Notes: generated from the sequence alone by a model not told the origin. A DNA stretch of 64,000 nucleotides from a bacterium (GCA_025782575.1 JALGYY010000017.1:862232-926231); one strand, 5' to 3'; counted from the stretch's first letter, positions 1 through 9,668 are shown. Translations and numbers: made by a program.

Positions 1-290
1 CAACTGAGAAGCTCGGAATTGACGCCGCTACTATCAACGGGGAGCTGCGAAGCCGGTTCGATCTCGATCGGCGCGACGGACTGGTCGTGGTCGATGTGAA
101 GCGGGGTTCTGCGGCCGCGAGGAAAGATATCCGACCGGGTGATGTCATTCTCGAGTTCAATCAGGCTGAGATCAGGAGCTTGCGGGATTACAGGGCGGCT
201 TCCGGCGAGCTCGATGCCGGTGATGTAGCGCTTCTTCTCGTCGAGAGGGGCGGTGCGACATTCTTCGTGGCGGTGCGTGTCCCTGAATAG
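1..290 (+). CDS. HtrA/DegP-family serine protease, C-terminal PDZ domain only (5' end outside window)
   Basis: Frame 3 is open from the window edge to TAG 288-290. The translation ...GLVVVDVKRGSAAARKDIRPGDVILEFNQAEIRSLRDYRAA... fits the DegP/HtrA PDZ pattern (GS-x-A-x-x-x-x-[IL]-x-x-GD-[VI]-I...N). The protease domain is not visible. Confidence 0.6.
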   Translation, partial: TEKLGIDAATINGELRSRFDLDRRDGLVVVDVKRGSAAARKDIRPGDVILEFNQAEIRSLRDYRAASGELDAGDVALLLVERGGATFFVAVRVPE

Positions 291-329
291 CGCCCGTTTT
301 CGTACGGACGATTCAGCAAAATTGGTTGG

Positions 330-362
330 GGTAGGGCTTGTAACAGCCCTACCTCTTCTTAT
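330..362 (+). terminator. Rho-independent terminator candidate after the protease gene
   Basis: GGTAGGGCT-TGTAAC-AGCCCTACC forms a 9-bp stem (330-353), followed by TCTTCTTAT. Confidence 0.55.
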
Positions 363-371
363 AATGGGGCC

Positions 372-971
372 ATGTATCGGCTGATGTTAATTGAGCGGGC
401 GATCGTCAACGGAATCGCCCGGCTGTTCCACTCTTTCGGAATGGCGGAGAAACATTATCTCGCGCCCCTCACCCGTATCAGCGGCGTCTCGAATGGGCCG
501 ATCCATATCGTATTCGTCTGTAAGGGTAACCTGTGCCGGAGTCCTTATGGTGAGTGGGCATTCAAATCGGCGGCGGGCGACCGATGGGCCGATCGCTTTG
601 TACTGGCATCCCTCGGCGTCAACGCACGGCCCGGGCGAGCGGCCTACCCGGCGGCAATCGATGCGGCTCGTGAACGGGGCATCGACCTGAGCGCCCATAC
701 CACGGCGAAAACGGAAAGCGAATCGCTTCAGAAGGCCGACCTCATTATCGGAATGGAGCCCTCCCATATGCGTGCGATCCGTGCCATTGAACCCGGTCTG
801 GCCCGGAAATCGATCTATCTCGGGGCGCTTCTACTCGATCAAGGCGAAAAACTCTGCACCCCTGACCCCTACGGCAAGCCGCCAGGCGACTTTCGCGCAT
901 GTTTCGACAAGATCGACCGGGCGATCGCGGCACTTCTCGGGCGCTTTGACGGGGCGGAGGTCACAGAATGA
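372..971 (+). CDS. Low-molecular-weight protein-tyrosine phosphatase (LMW-PTP / Wzb-like)
   Basis: VFVCKGNLCRSP is the C-X5-R-S P-loop of LMW-PTPs, and TPDPYGKPP is the Asp-loop region. The N-terminal extension of about 40 aa is unusual; ATG 441 is an alternative start. The stop overlaps the next start (ATGA at 968-971). Confidence 0.8.
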   Translation: MYRLMLIERAIVNGIARLFHSFGMAEKHYLAPLTRISGVSNGPIHIVFVCKGNLCRSPYGEWAFKSAAGDRWADRFVLASLGVNARPGRAAYPAAIDAARERGIDLSAHTTAKTESESLQKADLIIGMEPSHMRAIRAIEPGLARKSIYLGALLLDQGEKLCTPDPYGKPPGDFRACFDKIDRAIAALLGRFDGAEVTE

Positions 972-2224
972 TCGCGCCGGTAAGAGGCACGCCACGTCTG
1001 CTCGTTCTCGACGGTGAGACCCGGATCGCTCTCGCCGTCGTCCGCTCCCTCGGAAGGGCCGGTGCCGAACTGCTGGTCGCCTCCGGCCAGCCCGATTCAC
1101 TCGCACAGGTGAGCCGTTTCACCGACAGGGCTCTTCTCTCTCCCTCGCCCAAGAACGCCCCCCGGGAATGGATCGAATGGCTCTTCGATACGATCGAAAA
1201 TGAAAAACCCGATCTCCTTCTCCCCCTCACGGACCGGTCGGTCACCCTGACCCTCGGAGTGGAAAAAGAGATCCGTGCCCATACAAGGCTCCCCCATGTA
1301 TCGAACGAGATCTTCCAGGAGGTGGCGGACAAGGGAAGGCTCGTTCAGCAGGCGCGCATACTTGGAGTGCCGGCCCCCCGCACGCTCCGGATACCACCGG
1401 TTGAGGACCGCCCGGCTGACCTGGCTGAGAACATCAGACAGTTTCCCTATCCCGCCGTGTTGAAGCCGGAGATTTCCGAGGTGCTTCACGAATCCCGGTT
1501 CGTAAAAGTGAGCGTCGAATATCCCGAGAGCGCCGATGATGTGTTGCGACTGATCGATCCATCCGGGAACGCGAATTACCGGGACGTGCCCCTCTTACTT
1601 CAGGAGCGAATTCGAGGTGTGGGTGTCGGTGTCTTCGCCGTATGCAGAAACGGCGAGCCGCTCGCCCTTTTCGCCCATAGACGGCGGCTCGAGAAACCCC
1701 CGTCGGGGGGAGTCAGTGTTCTCTGCGAAAGTATTCCGCTCAGCCAGGCTCCGGTTGACGAGGCCCTTCGGCTCCTCCGCCACTACAAATGGGAAGGGGC
1801 CGCCATGGTGGAATTCAAAGAGCGGCCGGACGGAACCCCCTACCTGATGGAGATCAATCCACGGTTCTGGGGTTCCCTCCAGCTTGCGATCGACGCCGGA
1901 GTGGACTTTCCAGCAATTCTTTACAGGTCGATTATCGGCGAAACCGATACTGTCGCCAATCCTCCGACATACGAATCCGGCCGGCGGATGCGGTGGCTTC
2001 TCGGCACGGTCGATCATCTGATTATCCGGATGAAGCGTGAACCGTTGCGCGCGCTCGGTGACATCATCTTCCGAAACGCACTCCTCATTCTCGCCCGCCC
2101 GACCAAAACATCTCTCCAGGTCTATCGAAGTGATGATCCCGCGCCGTTCTCCCATGAACTCCGCGATTGGATCCACGACACCTTTCGAAGAGTGGGCGCC
2201 CGCCGAAGATCGACCCGGTTATAG
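968..2224 (+). CDS. ATP-grasp domain protein (COG3919-like carboxylate-amine ligase, substrate unknown)
   Basis: 418 aa. ATP-grasp hallmarks: FPYPAVLKPE, PLLLQERIRG and GAAMVEFKERPDGTPYLMEINPRFWGSLQLA (the E-x-N metal/ATP site). Confidence 0.75.
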   Translation: MIAPVRGTPRLLVLDGETRIALAVVRSLGRAGAELLVASGQPDSLAQVSRFTDRALLSPSPKNAPREWIEWLFDTIENEKPDLLLPLTDRSVTLTLGVEKEIRAHTRLPHVSNEIFQEVADKGRLVQQARILGVPAPRTLRIPPVEDRPADLAENIRQFPYPAVLKPEISEVLHESRFVKVSVEYPESADDVLRLIDPSGNANYRDVPLLLQERIRGVGVGVFAVCRNGEPLALFAHRRRLEKPPSGGVSVLCESIPLSQAPVDEALRLLRHYKWEGAAMVEFKERPDGTPYLMEINPRFWGSLQLAIDAGVDFPAILYRSIIGETDTVANPPTYESGRRMRWLLGTVDHLIIRMKREPLRALGDIIFRNALLILARPTKTSLQVYRSDDPAPFSHELRDWIHDTFRRVGARRRSTRL

Positions 2225-2225
2225 A

Positions 2226-2259
2226 AAGAGCCCGCGGGATTCAGGTCCCGCGGGCTCTT
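2226..2259. terminator. Bidirectional hairpin terminator between convergent genes
   Basis: AAGAGCCCGCGGGA-TTCAGG-TCCCGCGGGCTCTT is a perfect 14-bp stem. It lies directly after stop 2224 (+) and before stop 2292 (-). Confidence 0.7.
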
Positions 2260-2291
2260 AGCGAATCATTACAGTCTTGCTGCCGATCAGA

Positions 2292-2906
2292 TTAGATCAG
2301 ATCGAAAACCTCAATCGTATCGCTCAGCACGATGTTCATGAGAAGATAAGCTTTCCACGAGAAAATCATTCGATCCTGCTCAGTCGGATCGGGACTGATG
2401 TCGCCGAATGTAATCGTGAAACGGAGAACCGGATTCGCCCCGTCCAGGAATGCCTGCAAAGCGTCGTTCATAAGATCGACACCCGCCGCGTTCAGATCGA
2501 CCGGCTTTTTGTTGTGCAACAGGCCGGGAACTGATTCGCTGGAGAAGTTCACGATCGGAACCGGACCGCCGGAACCGCCGCCGCTCAGCCACTCCACGTT
2601 CACCTGGCCGCTCACCTGCCATGCTGTCGGTTGATTGAACTGGGTCACTTCTATTGCGGCACTCTTGATCGATGCTGTCGTGATATCATCTCTCGTGTAT
2701 CCGTTTTCCAGGAGGATTTCCGCGATTTCCTCGCCGTAATCAACGGTAACCGGGTCAGCACCGCTGTCGCTTCCGTGATTCTCCTCGAACTCCGCGCAGG
2801 TTTCACTGTTCAGTACGATATCAATGACTTTTTCTTCGAGGCAGCCGTCTCCCATGGTAGTCATGGCAAGAAGCAGCATGCCGAAGATCGTAAGCGCTTG
2901 TCGCAT
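2292..2906 (-). CDS. Hypothetical exported protein or lipoprotein
   Basis: I place the start at ATG 2906, with AAGGAG upstream. The N-terminus MRQALTIFGMLLLAMTTMGDGC looks like a signal peptide with a Cys. No domain recognised. It starts 22 nt after the upstream OMP gene ends. Confidence 0.55.
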   Translation of the reverse strand: MRQALTIFGMLLLAMTTMGDGCLEEKVIDIVLNSETCAEFEENHGSDSGADPVTVDYGEEIAEILLENGYTRDDITTASIKSAAIEVTQFNQPTAWQVSGQVNVEWLSGGGSGGPVPIVNFSSESVPGLLHNKKPVDLNAAGVDLMNDALQAFLDGANPVLRFTITFGDISPDPTEQDRMIFSWKAYLLMNIVLSDTIEVFDLI

Positions 2907-2928
2907 TATGTTCCGCTCCTTTCCCATA

Positions 2929-3849
2929 TTAGTTACCAAGAGCGAGGCCGACGGAGAAGCTGTTCTGGTCGGCCACGTTGTACTCACCATTAATATTGAA
3001 GAGCCAGAGATCCAGCGCCGCGCCCAGAGTCAGATGCGCGGTACTCGACGATTCGAACTCGAGATCAATCAGATTCTCGGCACCGCCGGCATCGGCGTCG
3101 TACTGGACGTCCATGCTGTAGCTATCGAACCCGAAGCCGGCATAAGGCTGGATCGGTCCCATTGCCTTGCTTGCCTGTACGCCGATCGAGAGCGCGTCGG
3201 TCGAAAGTAGTTCATCTCCGCCAGAGTTCTCGCCCACCTTGAAATTCTGCCACATGAATCCGACGGCGATATCCACCGGAAAGAGCGGACTTAGGTACTG
3301 GGAAACGCTGTGCCGTCCGCCGATGCCGAAGAGGCTGATATCGCCGATTTCGGAGTCCCCCGTATCGATGGCGAAGTAGCGAATGATCGCTTCCGTACCG
3401 GCGAACGCGCCGATCCGGATTTGCGGCACCGCGAGTGAGAACGAACTGAGATCGAGGCCGCCCGGAAGAATGAACTGGGCGTTAGTGACAGGGTCCGTGG
3501 CGACGACCGCATCCGTCGGTCCTATGATCGTCGGCGCTTCCACAGTCGTCTCGGTCACGAAGCCTTCCGTGACCGCCTGAAACGTCTCATCGTCACTCCC
3601 GAACTTTACTGACATGACCCTCACTTCGAACGCGAAATGGGGGCCGAACGCGGGAACTTTCCCTGAGTGGAACCAGCCGTCGTTCAGGTTGGCCCCGAAT
3701 GAATCAGCCAGCGGCTGAAGAAAGCCGGTCGCATTGTCACCTGTGTACGCCGATAACTGGTCCTCGATCTGAGCCGCAGCGGGCGCGGCCATGATCAGGA
3801 CCAGAAGGGCGCACCCCAGACTCCGGAGCACGCTCATTGTTCCTGGCAT
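2929..3849 (-). CDS. Putative outer-membrane beta-barrel protein
   Basis: Signal peptide MPGTMSVLRSLGCALLVLIMAAPAAAQ and a GGAAAGGAG RBS. Amphipathic strand patterns run throughout (for example HFAFEVRVMSVKF, LTLGAALDLWLFNINGEYNV). Family unknown. Confidence 0.55.
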   Translation of the reverse strand: MPGTMSVLRSLGCALLVLIMAAPAAAQIEDQLSAYTGDNATGFLQPLADSFGANLNDGWFHSGKVPAFGPHFAFEVRVMSVKFGSDDETFQAVTEGFVTETTVEAPTIIGPTDAVVATDPVTNAQFILPGGLDLSSFSLAVPQIRIGAFAGTEAIIRYFAIDTGDSEIGDISLFGIGGRHSVSQYLSPLFPVDIAVGFMWQNFKVGENSGGDELLSTDALSIGVQASKAMGPIQPYAGFGFDSYSMDVQYDADAGGAENLIDLEFESSSTAHLTLGAALDLWLFNINGEYNVADQNSFSVGLALGN

Positions 3850-3927
3850 TTAGCTCTCCTTTCCATTGGAGTACGCGCGCCGGGAAGCGCGACGCCACTC
3901 CGCCCAGGCGGTTGACGGGAACTGCAG

Positions 3928-5622
3928 TTACATTTCCTCGTAGACGGGCCCGCCGCCACCTTCCGGTGTAGTCCATTGAATCACCTGATAGGGATCCATA
4001 ATGTCACAAGTTTTACAGTGAACGCAATTAGCAAAATCGATCCGGACTTTTCCTTTGCCCCCATCAGCCTCCTGTTCCCAGACGTAAACATTGGCAGGAC
4101 AGAATCTTTCGCATGGATTTCCGTATTCCTCGACACATCGTGTCACACAGATCGAAGGGTCAACAATCTTGAGATGGGCCGGTTGATCTTCTACATGTTC
4201 CGTCCCTGATTTGAAGAGGGCGGTCAGTTTGTCGAATGTATAGTCTCCGTCGAATGCCTCCTCGGGAGGTTTCTCCCGTTTCCCGCCATAGTACTCGGCA
4301 ATGGTCTCCATCCTCGAATGACCCGGTTCGGAGCCCATCCTGTCTTTCAGCCCCCTCCCCCCTGTGGCGATCTGGAGCCCCGTATTCAGCAGGCCGGTCC
4401 ATAGACCGTTCGAAAATCCCTGGTGGAAATTCCGAGAGCTCCGTAGCTCCTGTTCGATCCAGCTCCCACGTATCGCTTCTTCGTATTTCGAGAGACCGGA
4501 TCGGGAGTAATCCCCGGCGATCATCGCTGCGAGAATCGCTTCCGCGGCGAACATCCCGGACTGAATCGCGGTATGGATCCCTTTAAGTCTCATGGGGTTC
4601 AGCATGCTGGCTGAATCACCCACAATAAGCAGGCCGTCCATGGCGAGTTGGGGCATGGAGTAATAACCGCCGAGAGGCATCGATTTCGCGCCGTACCTTT
4701 CCATCGAGCCGCCTTCCAGAATGCTCCGAAGCAATGGATGGGTCTTGTAATTCTGGAAACAGGCGTGTGGATCCAGGAATGGATCTTTATAGTCGAGACC
4801 GACCACGAGGCCGACCGAAACCATGTCGTCTTTCATCCCGTAGATCCATCCGCCGCCATAAGTGTCCGGTTTGAGCGGATGGCCCATCGTGTGAATGACA
4901 TGGCCCGGCGCAATGCGACCCGGCTTTGTTTTCCATACTTCTTTAATGCCCACGCCGTAAACCATCGGATTGCGACCTTCGATCAGCTCAGGATGGGCGG
5001 CAAAGAGCTCCTTCGCCAGACTCCCCCGCGATCCTTCGCCAAGCACGGTTACAGGCGCTATGAAATCAGCACCCGGCTGATAGTTCGGCTTCTCGTTTCC
5101 GTCCTTGTCGATCCCCTTGTCGGCGGTCCGCACTCCGGTGATCCGCCCTTCTTCCTCGAGAATCTCCGCCCCGGGGAATGTGGAAAAGATCTCCACGCCT
5201 TCTTCTTCGGCAATGCCTGCGAGCCATTTGGTCAACTCGCCGAGACTGACAACGTAGGATCCATGATTCCTGAGAGGAGGAGGTGTAAAGGGAACACGAG
5301 CCTTCCCTTTCTCCGTCAGAAAGTAGAGATCATCCTTGAAGACGATCCCCTCGATGGGGCATCCCTTTTCTATATGATCGGGGATCAATTCGGTCAATGA
5401 GCGTGGATCGAGAACCGCGCCGGAGAGCTGGTGATGCCCCGGCTCGTTCCCCTTTTCGATTACGGCAATGAATGGCTCGTCGAACTTGTCCGCGCCGGAA
5501 GCCTCTGCAGACTCATTGTGTTTTTTGATCAATCCGGCGAGGTGAATTGCGCCGGAGAGATTAGCCGGTCCTGCCCCGACGAAAAGAACATCGACTTCGA
5601 GAAGTTCCCGCTCTGCGGCCAT
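3928..5622 (-). CDS. Electron-transfer flavoprotein:ubiquinone oxidoreductase (ETF-QO)
   Basis: N-terminal FAD fold DVLFVGAGPANLSGAIHL and a C-terminal 4Fe-4S cluster motif ...CPANVY...CVHCKTCDIMDP. Start chosen at ATG 5622 (MAAEREL, GGGAG RBS); GTG 5631 is the ORF-track start. Confidence 0.9.
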   Translation of the reverse strand: MAAERELLEVDVLFVGAGPANLSGAIHLAGLIKKHNESAEASGADKFDEPFIAVIEKGNEPGHHQLSGAVLDPRSLTELIPDHIEKGCPIEGIVFKDDLYFLTEKGKARVPFTPPPLRNHGSYVVSLGELTKWLAGIAEEEGVEIFSTFPGAEILEEEGRITGVRTADKGIDKDGNEKPNYQPGADFIAPVTVLGEGSRGSLAKELFAAHPELIEGRNPMVYGVGIKEVWKTKPGRIAPGHVIHTMGHPLKPDTYGGGWIYGMKDDMVSVGLVVGLDYKDPFLDPHACFQNYKTHPLLRSILEGGSMERYGAKSMPLGGYYSMPQLAMDGLLIVGDSASMLNPMRLKGIHTAIQSGMFAAEAILAAMIAGDYSRSGLSKYEEAIRGSWIEQELRSSRNFHQGFSNGLWTGLLNTGLQIATGGRGLKDRMGSEPGHSRMETIAEYYGGKREKPPEEAFDGDYTFDKLTALFKSGTEHVEDQPAHLKIVDPSICVTRCVEEYGNPCERFCPANVYVWEQEADGGKGKVRIDFANCVHCKTCDIMDPYQVIQWTTPEGGGGPVYEEM

Positions 5623-5764
5623 TAACGTCACTCCCGTGAATCAGTGAGACGCGCCTGTTTCTGATTGCTGAAAATCGCTGTCAGAGTAGCAAGAGAGCGA
5701 GAGGGGCCGCAAGAGAATAGCGAAGTGATTCGGGAGGGCCGGCGGAAGGTCCGGGTGATCCGAG

Positions 5765-8700
5765 TTAACGGAGACCATGCTTGTCGAGCTTCTTGTGAAG
5801 GCCCCAGCGGGAGATGCCGAGGAGTTTGGCCATACGTGTGATGTTTCCGTCGCAGCGGTCGAGGTATCCTACGAGAAGCTCCTTTTCGTGCTTCGCGACC
5901 TGATCCCTCAATGAGCCCGCTCCCGGCTCACGGGGAGTCAATGTCGCGTCCCCTCCAAACCGATCCTCGCCCTGAGTGACACTGGAAAGATCCAGGGGGC
6001 CGACCAGGTTGTTGTCGCAAAGAACGACGAGCCGACGCATCTCGCTCCTCAGCTCCCGCACATTTCCGGGCCAATTATGCCGGAGCAGCATCTGCGACGC
6101 GTGTTCATCGAGCCGAATCGGTTCTTTTCCCATCTCTGCCGAAAAAATCCGAAGGAAATATTGCGAAAGGAGAAGAATATCTTCCAGCCTCTCCCTCAAG
6201 GGGGGGATATCGATCTTGATCACGTTCAGCCGGTAATAGAGATCCTCGAGGAAATTCCCTTCGTGGACTTCATTCAACAGATCCCGATTGGAAGCGCAGA
6301 CGAACCGGACATCTACATCGATATAGTGATTGGATCCGAGCGGACGGATTCTCTTCTCTTCCAGAACGTGCAGCAGTTTGGACTGTACACTGGGGTTCAT
6401 CTTGTCGATTTCGTCGAGGAATACGGTCGATCCTGACGCCTCTTTCAGAAGGCCGACCTTGTCGGCATGAGCACCGGTGAACGATCCCGCCTTGTGGCCG
6501 AACAGCTCACTCTCGAGTAATTGCTCAGGAAGAGTCGCGCAGTTGATGCTGAACAGCGTGCGATCCCGTCGGGGACTTTCGCCATGAACCGCCCGGGTGA
6601 CCAGTTGCTTCCCGGTACCGGTTTCCCCCTGGATGAGCACGGTTACGTTCGTGCCCGCCACTTTGCGAACAAGATCGAGCACGTCGTACATCTTCTCGCT
6701 CTGAGTGACGATCTCATCGAAGCGGCCGGCATGACTCACCTGCTTCTTCAGCCGCGTGTTCTCTTCCATCAGTTCTTTCTGACGGGATGCCAGAAGGGTG
6801 AGAACAAACTTCTGCGAGCGAACGAGCCCGACGACCAGATCGAGTTCCCGCGAAGCGAACGGGGCGCGGTGATCTTCCCGATCGAGATAAATGGCGCCCG
6901 AAATATCGGCATTGGTATGAAACGGAACAACGAGAAGGCTTCGCACGGATCCCCCCCCGGAGAGCACTCTGCCCGGGATGCGGGGATCACTGGCAACAGC
7001 TGTCGAGAGGAATGGCCGCCCTTCCTTGAAACCGACTTCCAGGATGGGGTGCAGCACTTCGATCACCCCTTTCGCCTCACGCTGGCGAAGACCGTGGATC
7101 GAGCGCTCGATCGGCTTCCCCTCTTCTCCTTCGAAGACCATCAGGATACCCCGATCCCCGTTGGTCCGAGCGACCAGCTCTTCGAGCAGACTCTTGAGAT
7201 CGAATTTCATGGAGGTCGACGGGAGGAGTTCATGGATCGCGAGGTGATCGTTCCGGCGACTCACCGAACGGTCCACCATTTGATCTTCGAGGGCGCGGCG
7301 AATCAGGTCGACCTGATCCATATGGCGGGTATCGTGCAGCTCGGTGAAGATCCGCTCCGCCTCCGCGAGTGAATGCTCGACCTTGGTCTGTTCGCCGGTT
7401 TCGTTCAGCAGTCTCGCCTCTTCGATGCGAGCTTTTCCGAGCCAGAGCGGAACTCCCGCTTCCAGAAATATCCGCCTTGCCTCGGCGACTTCGAGCTGAA
7501 GGTCGGTCGTCTCGAGCCCTTCATGCAGCATGCCGATTCGCACATGCCTGACGAGCGCCTTGCCGAGTTCGATCCGCTCACCCATCCGCCTCAGCATGTC
7601 GATTCCCTGACCGAACATGCTATCGAACCGGGTCCAGTTTCCTTCGATTCCGGCCACCATGCCGAGGGAGCACTGGAGTACCGCCTCTTCGTACCGCTCT
7701 CCCACTTTACGGGCGGTGATCAGCGCGCGACTGAATTCCTCGGACGCACTCTCCCGATCACCGAGCCTGAGGTGAGCGAGGCCGATCCGCCTGCCGATCT
7801 GGATGGCGTGCTCGGAGTCTTCACCGAGAGGAAGGGCGACTTCGAGTGCCCGGCGATAGGTGGTGATGGCCCCCTCCCAATCACCCGCGGTTCTCAGCAA
7901 GTCGCCGAGATCACGCCTGACGAGTACCTCTTCCCGCAGGTACCCCCCTTCGCGACACGCTTCGAGGGTCGACTCCATCATGGTCTCAGCGTCAACCGGT
8001 CTCCCCCGCAATACCTGGATCCGTGAGAGTCCGATCCGGGCGAGAACCCCCCCCTGCTTCTGGCCGGTCTGTAGATAAAGCCGAAGTGCGTCCCGATAGG
8101 CCTCCTCCGCAAGATTGAGATCTCCCCTGTGGGTATGGATGACAGCCATATTAATCAGTACATGAGCGCGGTACGAGAACGTTCCCGTCTCTTTCAGTAC
8201 TTCATTGGCCTGCTCCAGCAGGTAGAGCGCCCTGGTGGAATCGCTCTGCTCCTTGCAGACGAGCGCCAGATTGATGGTCGCCTGAACAAGCCTGGTCGAA
8301 TCGCCTGCCCGGCGTGCACTCGCCAGCGCGTCTTCATAGTATTCCCGCGCTCGGGAGAGCTCGCCGGTCCGAAAGTATCCGTGGCCGTAACAGATCTGAA
8401 CTTTGGCGATGGCGGCGTGGTCATCGCTCCTTTGAAGAATAGCGAAAGCTTTGTCACAGCGAAGCAGGGCTTCTTCGTAACGCCCCCGCCGGATATCCAG
8501 GTAGCCGTGCAGTATGCCCGCTTCCGCTTTGAGCGTCTCCGCGGGCCCCTCGGCGAGTGAACTGCATTCATTGATAACGGTAGCAAGTGTGGCTTCCACG
8601 GAGTCGTAATCCCCCCGCTCATACTGGCACCACGCTTCTTTGATGCGGATCGCTACGGCTTCGATCGGCGTTAATCCGCCCTGCCGTAATCCGAGTGTTC

Positions 8701-8869
8701 TGTAGTCATGAAATTTGGCGCAGGCATCCTGAAACTGGCCGACTGAGTAGTAGAGGTCAGCTAGCCGCTCGAGCTTCTGCAGCTTCTCCGGACCATCCTC
8801 GTTAGAGTCAAGCCTCCGGAGAGCGGAAAGCTCGCGCCGAATCAGGCGTTTCTTATCGTCCTGTGTCAT
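5765..8869 (-). CDS. Sigma-54-dependent transcriptional activator with an N-terminal TPR array and a GAF domain (no receiver domain)
   Basis: About 450 aa of TPR-like repeats (...YYSVGQFQDA..., ...GHGYFRTGELSRAREYYEDAL..., ...THRGDLNLAEEAYRDAL...). These are followed by a GAF-like region, an AAA+ core (Walker A GETGTGKQ, GSFTGA loop, FLDEI Walker B) and a Fis-type HTH (NITRMAKLLGISRWGLHKKL). Confidence 0.85.
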   Translation of the reverse strand: MTQDDKKRLIRRELSALRRLDSNEDGPEKLQKLERLADLYYSVGQFQDACAKFHDYRTLGLRQGGLTPIEAVAIRIKEAWCQYERGDYDSVEATLATVINECSSLAEGPAETLKAEAGILHGYLDIRRGRYEEALLRCDKAFAILQRSDDHAAIAKVQICYGHGYFRTGELSRAREYYEDALASARRAGDSTRLVQATINLALVCKEQSDSTRALYLLEQANEVLKETGTFSYRAHVLINMAVIHTHRGDLNLAEEAYRDALRLYLQTGQKQGGVLARIGLSRIQVLRGRPVDAETMMESTLEACREGGYLREEVLVRRDLGDLLRTAGDWEGAITTYRRALEVALPLGEDSEHAIQIGRRIGLAHLRLGDRESASEEFSRALITARKVGERYEEAVLQCSLGMVAGIEGNWTRFDSMFGQGIDMLRRMGERIELGKALVRHVRIGMLHEGLETTDLQLEVAEARRIFLEAGVPLWLGKARIEEARLLNETGEQTKVEHSLAEAERIFTELHDTRHMDQVDLIRRALEDQMVDRSVSRRNDHLAIHELLPSTSMKFDLKSLLEELVARTNGDRGILMVFEGEEGKPIERSIHGLRQREAKGVIEVLHPILEVGFKEGRPFLSTAVASDPRIPGRVLSGGGSVRSLLVVPFHTNADISGAIYLDREDHRAPFASRELDLVVGLVRSQKFVLTLLASRQKELMEENTRLKKQVSHAGRFDEIVTQSEKMYDVLDLVRKVAGTNVTVLIQGETGTGKQLVTRAVHGESPRRDRTLFSINCATLPEQLLESELFGHKAGSFTGAHADKVGLLKEASGSTVFLDEIDKMNPSVQSKLLHVLEEKRIRPLGSNHYIDVDVRFVCASNRDLLNEVHEGNFLEDLYYRLNVIKIDIPPLRERLEDILLLSQYFLRIFSAEMGKEPIRLDEHASQMLLRHNWPGNVRELRSEMRRLVVLCDNNLVGPLDLSSVTQGEDRFGGDATLTPREPGAGSLRDQVAKHEKELLVGYLDRCDGNITRMAKLLGISRWGLHKKLDKHGLR

Positions 8870-8906
8870 GCACGCTCCTGATGGCCCCGGGTAGGGGAGC
8901 AGGCTA

Positions 8907-9230
8907 TCAGTAGGTCAGCGCGTCAAAGAGGGACAAGGCACCATCAAAGATCAGCATCCATGTGCCGGCGCTCTGCCCTGAGTCCGTACCGATGTAGGTG
9001 GCGGAGGCTTCATCCACCCAGAATTCACCACCACTGCCGCCATCGCACGGCACGGGGTTGTCCGGATCACCACCGCCGTGATCCCCCAGATCTTCATGCT
9101 CTGTTAGGCTCCCTACACGACCGACTCCCCCGCCTCCACCCTCGGCAAAAGCATCAGCCGCGGGAAAACTGAAGATCATCAATCCGAGGACCAGCGTAAG
9201 AGCAAGCAGATTACTCTTTCTTGATACCAT
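8907..9230 (-). CDS. Small exported Gly/Asp/His-rich protein (hypothetical)
   Basis: 107 aa with an ATG start and an AGGTGG-type RBS. The signal peptide is ...LVLGLMIFSFPAADAFA, followed by EGGGGGVGR... The gene ends 37 nt upstream of the sigma-54 activator start, on the same strand. Confidence 0.5.
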   Translation of the reverse strand: MVSRKSNLLALTLVLGLMIFSFPAADAFAEGGGGGVGRVGSLTEHEDLGDHGGGDPDNPVPCDGGSGGEFWVDEASATYIGTDSGQSAGTWMLIFDGALSLFDALTY

Positions 9231-9668
9231 TCGACCACCTCTCGGTCAGCGTCCGGCAGACTCGTCGGTTACTCGGTACCCACCGGGCGCTTCGCTATAA
9301 GTTCTGATCTGTAACTATTTTACGAAGAATCGAGGGGGATTGTCAACCCTCGTCGACTTTCGCATGGTTTGCCCTTATTTGATGCAATGTTCGTACCGTC
9401 CCGGCCGAATCATGCAACACTTTGCAGGAACACAAGTTATCCAACTATCGGCGGGAACGGTAAATACGATAGGAAGCCAACTCAGGTTGACGTCAATCCT
9501 GGTTGGCATTGGAGCAGTTGTATCTCTCGACATGACAAAGGATTGCAGAAGCAACTTACATTGCCCCCTCTCCAGGCCTGGAGCCAACAGCCGTTGACCG
9601 TTCGATCCCTCTCGGCTAATCTCGCACGGGTCATTGATATCGACCCCTACGCGGGAATAGGACATCTC

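Noticed and set aside
372-2292. ATP-grasp RiPP (graspetide/microviridin-like) cluster
   Set aside because: No short precursor-peptide ORF flanks the ligase. The enzyme (418 aa) resembles COG3919-type ligases rather than the compact RimK-like RiPP ligases.
9504-9520. Sigma-54 promoter-like TGGCAT upstream of the nucleoside phosphorylase gene
   Set aside because: The -12 element is absent: CAGT sits where TTGC is required at the correct GG-N10-GC spacing. Other TGGCAC strings (about 8625 and 26190) are intragenic and also lack a -12 box.
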